DNA from: Naegleria gruberi
Lineage: Eukaryota
Direction: 5' to 3' (one strand)
DNA: 64,000 bases
Assembly (NCBI GenBank): GCA_000004985.1
Contig: GG738853.1
Shown: piece by piece, positions 21,301-31,162 of the stretch
Numbering within the stretch: position 1 is the stretch's first letter
How the letters are laid out: each line of letters begins with the position of its first letter
The notes under the pieces: generated by a model
What the model saw: the letters and a program-made list of their open reading frames with translations, nothing else
The model's database searches: none
Told to the model about the DNA's origin: nothing
Made by a program: the position numbers and the translations under genes

Positions 21301-21608
21301 CATTATTTATGAGTCCTGAACTTGCAATGGGATCTAAATATTCATTTAATACTGATATATTTTCATTAGGAGTAACTATTTATCAAATAATGACCAAGGA
21401 TAGTTCTATTTCTGTTGGTCAATTGCACCTTTGTAAAGATTCTACAAGTGTTAAGGAGATTCTAAGAAATAATATGAGTCAAAGTGGAATGTATTCGGAT
21501 AATTTGATTGAAATTGTAATTATGACTTTAGAGAAAGATCCTCAAAATAGAATTGACTCTTCTCAATTATTGGAAAAGATAAAGATGATGGAATCAAGTC
21601 ACCAATAA
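18372..21608 (+). CDS. Receptor-like protein kinase: signal peptide, NHL-repeat beta-propeller ectodomain, EGF-like module, TM helix, Ser/Thr kinase domain. Two exons: 18372..20805 and 20851..21608.
   Basis: Seen: signal peptide MTQQHFSSIHHFFTLFLLLVIILSTTTNITFVSG, then repeated Y/F-x-x-D-x-x-N-x-x-I-R-K-V NHL-type blades. A Cys-rich EGF-like module follows (CPNGCFYGQCKTPNICTCDNDHYGIDCS), then a TM helix (IIAPILVILLMGIMIIVIVLIILIYYF) and a kinase with GRGGFGS|VYKV, HRDVKPNN, DFG and SPE motifs. A 45-nt GTAAGT..TTAG intron (20806..20850) is in frame and so is read through by the ORF track. Confidence 0.7.
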   Translation: MTQQHFSSIHHFFTLFLLLVIILSTTTNITFVSGQAVYTSSVIGGTLNETRAIHAKIIIFDNYVGRQLAISANGDMYTTLGRGTVRKITSDGLFVPSVAGIETSYGFSGDGGLAIHAQLSYSLGISVNPMNGDVYICDINNHRIRKVSSDGVISTIAGTGRTTLNPISPNTYRQEGGYNGDGLATATDLNYPKYAQVDSKGDVYFADTYNGLIRKVSNGYITTIAGSKQNSTVNTFGMALNTTFGDLKSFSMNLNTGDLMIYSNKGIFRVFSNGTVVVIRNSLLISNNYFVDITFKSDTEVLFGLTNSIISYNLVTNTSTVLVTVIYLSGFTIYRDEIYITQSSRNLGQIKKLSIIEGKVKIIPIAGIEDEMLDPSYSGPVQNVSLLNANRITVSSSNEDVYFSETYFNIVRRISLRTGIISTMTGTGVCGYMSDEDVATQAKLCNPVGLAINDLNELFIANSNYPAIVMVNNSRIVPICGNGEYGRSVDGILAVDSKLVNPTEISLNPLTGELYILDDYKGAVRKIFKNGTITSVITKNSGSSESIDYIAVNPKSGEFYFLSNSILYKMTTKGRIAVAGSGTSYEDGVLAKNSKFNSPKSIAFNPVTNDILVTSDNSIRIILSNGTITTLKYTNTDPFPLSSLEGIAVSSSGDIYIVDAGNYAIRKLTQCPNGCFYGQCKTPNICTCDNDHYGIDCSNRIDWESRTAVIIAPILVILLMGIMIIVIVLIILIYYFRKSISVKIQQVYDNLKPKQTNIELNQSLLDYQQPQLFKTNNISIEEGLMNENDDSDDPVNRYEILERIGRGGFGSGKFIGNIFIRIFSLLVYKVKYIQDGSIRALKTLKYANIEELNLAMKEGTQLMNLSHPTILHVNDIFVGKNNLIYIDMEYYEQGDLCSLISKSNEPCKEAIILQIMNQICSALHYVHTQLKSIHRDVKPNNIFIKSVHDNSIQVILADFGMAKQNQGSSNNSYAGTPLFMSPELAMGSKYSFNTDIFSLGVTIYQIMTKDSSISVGQLHLCKDSTSVKEILRNNMSQSGMYSDNLIEIVIMTLEKDPQNRIDSSQLLEKIKMMESSHQ

Positions 21609-21959
21609 ATGAGCTATTTCACCATTTTTTTAATCTTTATCTTCAAGATTTTATTCAATTAGTAGAATGTAGAGAGTAATGGAATATGTAGAAGCAAATT
21701 GTAAACATCAAATAATATCCATTCTCACAAAAATCTCATAACTAAAATCCATACAAATCCATTTCTACATATTAGGAAAAGTAATCGTCAGCATTATCTT
21801 GATGGTCACATGGTCACTGTCATCTGGAATTTCCAGCACATACTGCGTGAGCACTTTCCTTTCAACATCTAACATCTCTGATTATTATCATCATTGAGGC
21901 TATTTAAACTTTCCATATCGAATACATGCACAAACAACATTCAAAAAAAACAAACAAAA

Positions 21960-22851
21960 ATGGTGCGACATGCAGTTGGTGTTGGAATGAGTGTCATGAT
22001 AGTTCTCTTGTTGGTTATTGTTGTGATGATCAATGTGATGGTCGAGGCTCAGAATATTGATCACTTGTTTCCGTTGATTGAATCATTGAAGGAAGAAGAT
22101 GAATTAGACTTGAGAGGAATGAAATACAACGAAACACAAGTAAGTATAGAGTTGATTGTGTTGGATAATTGAACTCGCTCCAATAATAATGATTACTATT
22201 GAACGATATTGATGATAATAGCCTATTGTTAAAAATCCAAGTGAATTTACTGGATATCGTGTTGGTTTGATTGCTTCTCATTGTTTTGAAGAATGCGAAT
22301 TGACCTTCCCTTATCTCTATTTTGCTGCTCGTAATGCCACATTGGATGTTATTGGACCATGGTGGGTAAAGGATGGAAAAATTGCTAGTTGTGAATTTGT
22401 TAGAGTAACCAGATATGCCAAGAGGAGCTTTGATTTCAAACAAGCTCTCTCTCAAAAGTATGACGCCTTGATTGTGGTGGGTGGAATATGGTCTTCAACT
22501 GTTGTCAGAAATGATGGAGATGCTATGGAATTGATTAGACAACAAGCTGCTAGTGGAAGATTATTGGCTACTGTTTGTTCTGGATCTACAGTTTTGATTA
22601 ATGCAAAATTGATTAAACCTGGAATGCAATTGACTGGTAGTCCTTCCATTGCTATTGATTTGGAAAATGCAGGTGCCAAGTATTTGGATGTTCCAGTGGT
22701 GAAAAGTACTACCAATTTAATTACTGGTCGTTCTCCAGGTGGTTTGGATAATTTACTTTTCACTGAGGAAATTGCCAAGCATTTGAAAGCTCAAAAGAAA
22801 TTGAACAAATTGCTCAAACAATTTAACAAGCTCTTGAATAAGCAAAATTAA
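21960..22851 (+). CDS. DJ-1/PfpI-family protein with N-terminal signal or anchor peptide (exons 21960..22139 and 22222..22851)
   Basis: Seen: exon 1 MVRHAVGVGMSVMIVLLLVIVVMINVMVEA is hydrophobic. An 82-nt GTAAGT..AATAG intron joins it in frame to the DJ-1/PfpI domain (GLIASHCFEECELTFPYLYF.., ALIVVGG, and nucleophile-elbow LATVCSGSTVL with its Cys). Confidence 0.55.
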
Positions 22852-22971
22852 ATTCTCGAAAGTCTGACATCTCACGTTCCTCTTTTATATTTGAAATGAT
22901 GTTTTGAATTTGTGTGAAAGTCAAAGAGAGTATTTAATTTAAATAATTGTTGAGATTAAAAAATAAACTAA

Positions 22972-23784
22972 ATGCTAATAAGCCAAAGGTATCGGAAAAT
23001 ATTCCATCACACAAACAAATTGATTGCCCAATCAAACAACATTCAATTTGACAATAAGAATCAATCATTTCAAGTTCACCACACAAATATTCATAATTTA
23101 AATAATTTAAATAAAAAAATGTCTCAAGATCATCAAGAAAAGACTACTAATTCTCATAATGAATTAATTGAAGTCTTTACAAGTGCTGGAGAACCAACAG
23201 GAAGAGGGGAACCAAGATCTAAAATTCATTCCGAAGGTATTTGGCATAATACTGTTCATACATGGGTGTTGGAAACAAGCACTGGCAAATTGTTGGTTCA
23301 GAGAAGATCACCAAACAAGTTAAATCATCCAAATCAATGGGATACTTCATCTGCTGGTCATATTTCTTTTGGACAATCTAGTGATGAAGCAAGTGTTAGA
23401 GAAATTGAAGAAGAATTGGGTATTTCTGATGTCACTATAGAAGAATTGGACAAGTTTGGTACCATTAGAGTACAATTGGTTTTGAATAATGGAACTTATT
23501 TGGATAATGAATTTATTGATGTTTATATTGTAAAGAGAGATCACATTGATTTAAACAAGTTGACTTTGCAAGTTGAAGAAGTTTGTGGAGCTGACCTAAT
23601 TCATTATCGTGTATTGGAAAGATGTTACGAATTGAAACATCCAGATTTTGTAAATTTACCAGATAGTGAGGAAACAAGAAGAAGATTTTTCACTTACATT
23701 GCTAAAGAGCTAGGAGAAGAAAATAGAGTTTATAGTGAAGAAGAAATTCAAGCACTATGGCCTGCATTTGTACCAAAATTGTAA
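22972..23784 (+). CDS. Nudix hydrolase
   Basis: Seen: the Nudix box GQSSDEASVREIEEELGI matches Gx5Ex7REUxEExGU. The true start may be the downstream ATG of MSQDHQEK. Confidence 0.65.
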   Translation: MLISQRYRKIFHHTNKLIAQSNNIQFDNKNQSFQVHHTNIHNLNNLNKKMSQDHQEKTTNSHNELIEVFTSAGEPTGRGEPRSKIHSEGIWHNTVHTWVLETSTGKLLVQRRSPNKLNHPNQWDTSSAGHISFGQSSDEASVREIEEELGISDVTIEELDKFGTIRVQLVLNNGTYLDNEFIDVYIVKRDHIDLNKLTLQVEEVCGADLIHYRVLERCYELKHPDFVNLPDSEETRRRFFTYIAKELGEENRVYSEEEIQALWPAFVPKL

Positions 23785-24331
23785 ATGAAGATGTAACTCT
23801 GATAAAGAGATAATCAATTAATTTATTATAATTTTCTACTCGTTATGATTATATATCATTATTATTTGTGAACTAGTTGAATTATTATTCTATTTGATAA
23901 TTATTACAATAATAATGACAACCGATCAGTTTACCCATTAGACCTCTTAGAAACGATTCTTACCAATCGCCTGGAATTAGATATTTTCTAATTCATTTTC
24001 AATTTATTGAGAAACAGGATCGGTTATTGTTAGCAGAAAACTTTGAAATGCTCATCTCCTCTCTCTTGCAAAATTTCTTCTAAAAAAAATCATTTTAAAA
24101 CATTTAAAACACAATCTTCAACGCATTGGTGATATTATTATCCACTAAATATTTCAAAGAAAGGAGGATAAACGATATCCAATACAGAGGTTGTTCTGGT
24201 GATTGGGATTGCTTTGGGGTATATTTTCGCAAGAAGTTGGTTGCTAGGAGGATTTTAGAAGAAATTTTGCTTTCAATAGTAGGAATAATTTAATTATTTT
24301 GTCACCACAAGTACATTATTGAATAATTGTG

Positions 24332-25999
24332 ATGATGTTGGCGAATATGGAGGATTTTACTAACCATAATATTGTGGAAGAGGAAAATAGCCAATCTACA
24401 TTTAAACAACCTAGGTTACAATCCATCAGTGATCTCAAGTCGGAACCAAATTACTTGAATCATAAAGCAAATTCATTGTCCTGTATGGACCATACACCAA
24501 GTAGGAAAATATCTAGAAAATCGAGTATTGGAAGTCAGAGAACAAGTCAAGATAAAACTCCCATAAAACCTTCACCATCATCAAATCATAGAAGGTCTCA
24601 AAGTTTGGTCGTTGAGGAAAAGGATGATTTTATTGAGGAAATGAGAAGAAATTCAGAGGAATTCGACAAGATTTTCAATGAAATATTTACTTTGGATTTG
24701 GAAGATGAATTACATGGCAATTTTGATGATCATTTCCCAGCTGTTTACGTTCATAAGCCAATTAACAAAAAGAGAAAATGGTTAAAAAAATTATTAAGTT
24801 TTAAAACTAAACCAGTAATAGATGATAAATACCATTTACAGAAATCTTCATCTATGGAGGCTTTCCACAACCACATTAATGTAAATAATAGTACAATACG
24901 TAGAGAATCATTTGATGTATTGCCACAGGTTGGCAATGAAAAGAATATTTTCATTATGCGTAACCCTAATAAGGAAAAGGCTTTAATAGTCGATCCAGTT
25001 GCTAATTATTTTGAACAAGATTTTACAACACATAGTAATGAAATTTCTCAAGATGAAGAATCAATCATTGAGTTGGGAGAAAAACCATTCTACCACCCAG
25101 TAACACCAACCAAAGAGGATCAAGACACAATCAAATCACACAGTATGAAAATGGAATTGGAACATTTTTATGATAGAAAGAATGGCCAAATTTTAGGAAT
25201 AGGAATGCCTTTTGTTATTGTTAAAGAGATGGGAACCAACAATATTTGTCTAGGATTGCAAGGCCCAAAGAGAATGGACTCATCAGTTATTATTGATTCA
25301 TTACTCTTTGTACTTGGATCATTCATCTTTCCACCACTCTTATTAATTGCCATTCCATTTGCTCTCTACAGGATTTATGCATACTACAAGAAGAAGCGAA
25401 GAGAGCAAAGTCTGACCAGATATCTGGTATTTGATCATCATACATGTAAAATTGAGAAACGTCTCTACACTAGTGGTAATAGAACGATCTGTTACAAGGG
25501 TATTATTCCAAAAGAGGCTGATATTTCTAGCCCAGTACCAAATCAAGTAACCTACTATCATGAATCATCACCAGATAATACCCTAGTGTACAGAAATATT
25601 CACATTGGCAAATTGCCTCACACTGATGAAAAGATTGATTTTATTGACTTTAATGACATTAGCAGCTTTGACATTGAAAAGGAAGGAAGTGGAAATGAAT
25701 TCGATGAATTATATTTTGTTTGTTGTGTCTTACAGAATGGAAAGAGAATCAGATTGAATAATGAAGAAACCAATTCCATAGATATTAGTTTCAGAAAAGT
25801 CAGACAACTCAAAGCAGCACTCGAGAAGAGTAAAGTAGCTGCCAAGACGAATTTGCTTTCTCGAGGAAAACAAAGTAGCAAGAGAAAGACTACCAACAGC
25901 ATGTCCATGAGAAATTTAGATAAATTATTAGATGAGGAACCAATTGAGGATGCATACCCAACACTAAGAAGATCCATTAGTTGGACCGCTGCCAACTAA
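24332..25999 (+). CDS. Hypothetical membrane protein
   Basis: Seen: a 555-aa ORF with an internal hydrophobic segment LLFVLGSFIFPPLLLIAIPFALYRIYAYY. No enzymatic motif recognised. Confidence 0.4.
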   Translation: MMLANMEDFTNHNIVEEENSQSTFKQPRLQSISDLKSEPNYLNHKANSLSCMDHTPSRKISRKSSIGSQRTSQDKTPIKPSPSSNHRRSQSLVVEEKDDFIEEMRRNSEEFDKIFNEIFTLDLEDELHGNFDDHFPAVYVHKPINKKRKWLKKLLSFKTKPVIDDKYHLQKSSSMEAFHNHINVNNSTIRRESFDVLPQVGNEKNIFIMRNPNKEKALIVDPVANYFEQDFTTHSNEISQDEESIIELGEKPFYHPVTPTKEDQDTIKSHSMKMELEHFYDRKNGQILGIGMPFVIVKEMGTNNICLGLQGPKRMDSSVIIDSLLFVLGSFIFPPLLLIAIPFALYRIYAYYKKKRREQSLTRYLVFDHHTCKIEKRLYTSGNRTICYKGIIPKEADISSPVPNQVTYYHESSPDNTLVYRNIHIGKLPHTDEKIDFIDFNDISSFDIEKEGSGNEFDELYFVCCVLQNGKRIRLNNEETNSIDISFRKVRQLKAALEKSKVAAKTNLLSRGKQSSKRKTTNSMSMRNLDKLLDEEPIEDAYPTLRRSISWTAAN

Positions 26000-26015
26000 A
26001 TTAGTAACTTAAAAA

Positions 26016-26666
26016 ATGTCTGAAAAGGAGTACATTTTCATCACGATAGATATTGTCAGAGATTTTGTTTGTGAGGAGGGAATCTTCTGCAAAGCTTTTG
26101 GATATGATGATGTGAGTAATATCATCAATGTAAAGGAAAAGGTGTTGGAGTGCTTGAATTATGTCAAGGATCAAGCTTCCGAAAACATTACAGTTCATCA
26201 CTCTATCTGTTGCCAATCTGTGTATAAACACAAACAATTCAAATCAGCTGGATTGGAAGATTTGTGTGTAACAGAGCAAGGACAAGAATGCATCATTCCC
26301 GATGATTGTTTTGATTATAGAGTAGTCAAGACAACTAATTCTATATTGGATTTGATCAAATGTGAGACAATTGTCAGCACTACTGATGATGATTCAAAGC
26401 AAATTCTAACTCCAAAGGATGCATTCATCAAACTCCTTTCTCAATATAAGCATAGAAAGAACTTGTTCATTATTCTGTTGGGCGTCACAACGAATTCATG
26501 TGTAAAGACCTCTGCTCTCAATATGACCGAAATGGGATTCAATGTTATCATTCCATTGGATTGTGTTGCCTGTAGAAAATCAACAGAACCATCAGCAACT
26601 AGTTTTCTGAAGAAAACACCATCTGTTGCTACTGTTTCATCATGGACCGATTTATTTTCTAATTAG
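26016..26666 (+). CDS. Isochorismatase-like cysteine hydrolase family protein
   Basis: Seen: N-terminal IFITIDIVRDF (catalytic Asp region) and C-terminal LLGVTTNSCVKTSALNMTEMGFNVIIPLDCVA match the isochorismatase pattern VxGxxTxxCVxxTxxDAxxxGY.VxVVxDA. Confidence 0.55.
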   Translation: MSEKEYIFITIDIVRDFVCEEGIFCKAFGYDDVSNIINVKEKVLECLNYVKDQASENITVHHSICCQSVYKHKQFKSAGLEDLCVTEQGQECIIPDDCFDYRVVKTTNSILDLIKCETIVSTTDDDSKQILTPKDAFIKLLSQYKHRKNLFIILLGVTTNSCVKTSALNMTEMGFNVIIPLDCVACRKSTEPSATSFLKKTPSVATVSSWTDLFSN

Positions 26667-26814
26667 AAAAATTGAATGCAATTCCTAGGTTGACCTTGTG
26701 CATTTGTGAATGTGAATAAATCGATTTTGCATGCAAATAATAATTAAATTGATATTTAAATAAAAACAATAGAGTAATGATTAAATAAATTTAAAGATTT
26801 TGAAATTCAAAAAA

Positions 26815-27936
26815 ATGTCTGAAAGCAACAACCATAGTGAACCTTCATCATCATCATCATCTGATAATTCCAATGCAAACAATAACAACCAAAAACAACA
26901 AACTTCGGATCAAGATTGGGACACTATTCGTTCCATGACCATTGAAATGAAACCAATAGGTATCTTTCACTCTTGTTATAAATTCAAGAATGCCACACCA
27001 AGACAAGGAGCCTTGGCACCAATCGGAAGAGGACGTCTCAAGATTCAATCACCTCTATTTGCCATGAACAATCAACATCACTCTCTGATGGGAATTGAAC
27101 AATTTTCTCATGTTTGGCTTGTTTATTATTTCCATGATAATAATAATATGGAGAAATTAAATACAATTCATCAGAACAATACTACTAACAATACTACAAA
27201 CGATAGTAATAGTGATAATAATAATAATAATAGTCAGAACAATAATAATAACAGTGAAGAAGAACAAGGCTTGATTCGTCCACAAGTTAAACCACCCCGA
27301 TTGAATGGAAAGAAGGTTGGATTGTTTTCTGTTCGTTCTCCTCATCGTCCTAATCCAATTGGCCTAACATTGGCCACTATTGAACAAGTTGATTTGAAAA
27401 AGGGTGAATTATTATTGAGTGGAGTGGATTTAATTGATGGAACACCAGTTCTAGATATTAAACCATATATTTCAAGATATGATTCAGTATTTGGTGGTGT
27501 TGATATTTATGGAAGAAAGGCAACTGGATATGAAAACAATGATGAGAAGAAGGTTGAATATAAAGAACCTGAATGGATTGATTTGGATCCAGTTGTGGGA
27601 CATATTAATAGTGTAGAATTTACTGAGGAAGCAATTACTCAAATTAAAGAATGTTCAATCGAATTGGATATTGAAAAACAATTTGGATATAAGAATTGGA
27701 TAGATGTTAGAGAGGCCATTGAACAAATGCTCATTCTTGACCCAAGAAGTATCTATAGAAGAAAGAAGTGTGAAGATAAGGTCTATTGGTTCCACTTTGA
27801 TGATTTGAATCTGAGTACAACAATTAAAACAGAGGGTGATAAGACTGTTGCTACAGTTTTCAAATGCGAGATTTGGAGTAAGATTGTAGCATCACTGACA
27901 GAGGAAGAAAAGAGGATTCACCACATCACCAAATAG
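26815..27936 (+). CDS. TsaA/YaeB (TrmO)-like tRNA methyltransferase family protein with Asn-rich insertion
   Basis: Seen: GIFHSCYKFKNATPRQGALAP, HVWLVYYFH, GLFSVRSPHRPNPIGLTLATIEQVD and LSGVDLIDGTPVLDIKPYI are the conserved blocks of the TsaA/UPF0066 fold. A ~60-aa poly-N/T insertion is encoded by an (AAT)n microsatellite. Confidence 0.65.
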   Translation: MSESNNHSEPSSSSSSDNSNANNNNQKQQTSDQDWDTIRSMTIEMKPIGIFHSCYKFKNATPRQGALAPIGRGRLKIQSPLFAMNNQHHSLMGIEQFSHVWLVYYFHDNNNMEKLNTIHQNNTTNNTTNDSNSDNNNNNSQNNNNNSEEEQGLIRPQVKPPRLNGKKVGLFSVRSPHRPNPIGLTLATIEQVDLKKGELLLSGVDLIDGTPVLDIKPYISRYDSVFGGVDIYGRKATGYENNDEKKVEYKEPEWIDLDPVVGHINSVEFTEEAITQIKECSIELDIEKQFGYKNWIDVREAIEQMLILDPRSIYRRKKCEDKVYWFHFDDLNLSTTIKTEGDKTVATVFKCEIWSKIVASLTEEEKRIHHITK

Positions 27937-28121
27937 TTATTCGATACTCCTCGTTGTAATCAAAGATCGTGCATTCCTGATTTACATTCTCTAGTACTAT
28001 TTAAATTGAAAGCTTCAGTATTAGTACATCATAACACCTCAATGCATCTCATCTCCCAAATCTTTCGTTTAAGTTATTGCTTTCACTCTTCCATCTCTGC
28101 TTATTAGCAAATTACAAAAAA

Positions 28122-29470
28122 ATGGTTGGTTTCCTACATAGCTCTGGAAATAATGGAGATGATCTTCAGGAACCTAAATCACCAACCCGAACCAATTCAA
28201 ATGCCAGCAACAATGCTCAAACACAGAGGAAGAAGTCGACTTTTCTTTCTCCTACTCAAGTAGCAACCAGTTTGGCAGATATGAGCGAAGGAAAGAGAAG
28301 AAGTAGTCTTGTTCCAGAAACTCCAGAAAGTAATAAATTGAGAATTGTATTGATAGGAGGTGGTGGTAAGTTATGCATTAGAATTATCGAATAACACATT
28401 GTATTTCTTCAAGGTTCCGGAAAGACAACCCTCTTTAAACAGAGAAAACTTGTGTTAGGGGGCGGTTTTAGTGGTAAGTTTTAATGAGAGATGAGAACCA
28501 TCTAAATTGCATTTCATCACTACACTTCAGAGAGAGAATATGAACAAGCAAGACTCATTGTTCATACAGAGCTTCTTCATGTCATGTACAGTTTGGCATA
28601 TGAATTGTATAATGGCGATTTTGTGTCAAATGAAAATGTAAAACAAATAGCTCACGATTTCTTGAAGATAGTATCGGAGAAGTGTAATCATAACGAACAT
28701 GCTCTCATCAATTGTATTGAGCATATTATTGAAAAATCTCAACTTTGGAAAACATTCTTTACGAAGGAAATATTCAAGCAAGTTATGGAATTTAATCCGA
28801 AATTTTCATCACTTTTTAATTTTTCTGTGGATCCTTACTTTTCAGAATATGATAGAGTAATGCATATGGATTTCAAACCTCTCGAAAAAGATCATATAGT
28901 ATTTCAGAAAAAGACAACAGGTATTGTCGAGTCAAGTTTCGAATATATGAATTCTTTCATTGTTCATCTGTAAGTAACTCATTCTATTAGAATTCAACTA
29001 GATCTATTACCTTTAGATTCGACTCTGGAGGACAAAGAAATGAACGTAAAAAGTGGCCAAACATGTTCTCTCAACCAGTTGATAGCGTTTGGTTTGTTGG
29101 TTCTCTATCCGATTTCACCAAGATGTGTTACGAAAACAATACTCTTAATCGTTTCGAGGACTCCCTGGCAGTATTCAGTGATTGGATTGATTCTAATACT
29201 ACAAAGAATATTAGAGATTTTAGACTTATTCTAACTCATGCTGATGAGCTTGAAGAAATGCATATTAGCCCAGAAACTATCTCATTCCTCAAGTCAAATC
29301 TTATTCCACACGGAAATGCCAAGGAGATTATCGATGGCATCACTGCCAAGTATCAACTCTTAGATAAGAATAACAGGTTGACCCAAGTTTCTGTGATTAA
29401 TTGTACTGATACAGAACAAATTAGAGACTATTTAACCACAACTCTAAATAGTATTATTGATGGCAGATAA
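28122..29470 (+). CDS. Divergent heterotrimeric G-protein alpha-like subunit (4 exons: 28122..28365, 28414..28473, 28531..28969, 29017..29470)
   Basis: Seen: the spliced product has a P-loop LRIVLIGGGG|SGKTTLFKQ (canonical GAGESGKST), switch I FQKKTTGIVES, switch II FDSGGQRNERKKW and a G5-like INCTDT. The NKxD guanine-specificity motif is replaced by LILTHADEL. All three introns are GTAAGT..AG. Confidence 0.65.
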
Positions 29471-29553
29471 ACCATCAATCTATATTGTCCAAATTTGTGT
29501 GAAGATTAGTTCACATTTTATCTGTATTATAATTTTGTGAGAGTAATTTACAA

Positions 29554-30993
29554 TTATTTCTTATCCATTTCCTTCTTGAGGATTGGACAACATTTCTCAA
29601 TAAAGAATTTTGTGTTAAATGTTGTAGATTCGTATAATTCAAACCGAGAAAGTCCATCATCAGATTGAATTAAATGTTTGGAACAAAATTCCATAATCTT
29701 TTTCTGTATCTTCTTACTTGTTGATGGTTGATCCTCGTTAATCTTATCATAAATTGATACAAGCAATAAGAATGCCTTCTTTTCTTCATGATTCCTTATT
29801 GGTTTATCCCCTTCAATCATTTGCAAAACAAGAAATTCCCTAATTAGTTAAAATTTAAGAATAAAAATTTCTCTGTAGTGATATTTGTTTGCTACTTACA
29901 GTGTCTTCTTATAGATTGTAAGGGATTTAATCTTCTTAATCTCTCTTGTATTGAAGAATAATTCTCTATAAAATAAGAATGCTTCTTCTTCCTTTCTTTT
30001 AACACTTTTTGGAATTTTGGCAAGTTTTTCACCATTCTTTGATGATATTCTTCTAAACATTGACATGTCGTTCATGATACACCATTGCCAAGTTTTCAAA
30101 TAATCAACGCTCAGTATCAGGTTGAGTAAACTGACAAGTTGATAATATCTCTTATGAAGGAGTGCTTGTTTCTTTTCCAGAGATTCGTCCTGAAGTACTG
30201 GAAGCGCTGATCGTGGGCTCAGTACCCCTTGTTTCAATCTCTTAAAATTGAAATGTTGTTCACCTAGAAGAAACACATCAGGATTCTCCACAACAGGTGA
30301 AGTTGGAAATACAGTTCCTTCCACCAGTGACGTTGGTGAAACAATCTTCTTCTTTGCCTTCTTACACACTTTTATAAACTCTTCACACTGCCTAGAGTAT
30401 TGCAACATTAATGGAACAGCAATCTGAGTACTATGTTTACAAAAATCATGTAAATCAATCACTTTTAAAACATTATTTTGAAACAGCTTGTCAAACATTT
30501 CACTTGAAAACAACAAGGATTCCTCCTCTGATGTCTCTGCACTCTGTGTAATCTGTGCAATGGTTTTATAATTAAATATAAACGATAGCATGGCATCTCC
30601 TCGTCCAATATTCCTCCTATAAATTAAATCCAATGAATAGTCTTCATATTCCCTCGAGAGTGGTAAAATACATTTCAATAGAGTTTCATCATCAATAAAA
30701 TTCTCCATCATGTAATGAACAACCTCTCTCGGAATCAATCGAAATTGTCTATAATTATTCTTGATAATAATTAAATCAATTGAATCAAAATTAGGATTCT
30801 GATGACATTCTGTATCCATCGATCCAGCATCTGAATACGCTGACTGATCAACAATTCCTCCTCCTCCCAATAACAACGCACCACCACCATTATTACTATT
30901 ATTATTAGTACCACCAACAATATCCGAGGATGAATCAAAGACTTTGGCAAATGAAACATCATTCTCCTTGTTGTTGCCTGGCGAAAAGATCAT
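29554..30993 (-). CDS. Hypothetical protein (2 exons: 29900..30993 and 29554..29839)
   Basis: Seen: ORF 29896..31005 ends at a TAA that overlaps a GTAAGT donor. A 60-nt GTAAGT..AATTAG intron (29840..29899) joins it in frame to ORF 29554..29826 (..IYKKTL|EFLVLQMIEGDKP..). The first ATG is at 30993. No domain recognised. Confidence 0.45.
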
Positions 30994-31162
30994 TTTTTTT
31001 TTCAAAGTACCAAGTTCATAATTTTTGCGTGATGATTTTTGATGATTTTTCTGTTTTTATGAAAAAATTTGTAACAATGGATGAAAATTGTAAACATTTA
31101 AGAAGTTGTTGTAAAGTGGAAAGTTAAACGTTGGTTCATTAGAATGCATTCGTGTTGAGTGG

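Noticed and set aside
27157-27345. Minus-strand ORF and (AAT)n tract
   Set aside because: It is the antisense of the poly-Asn insertion in the TsaA-like gene. It is microsatellite-driven, not a gene.
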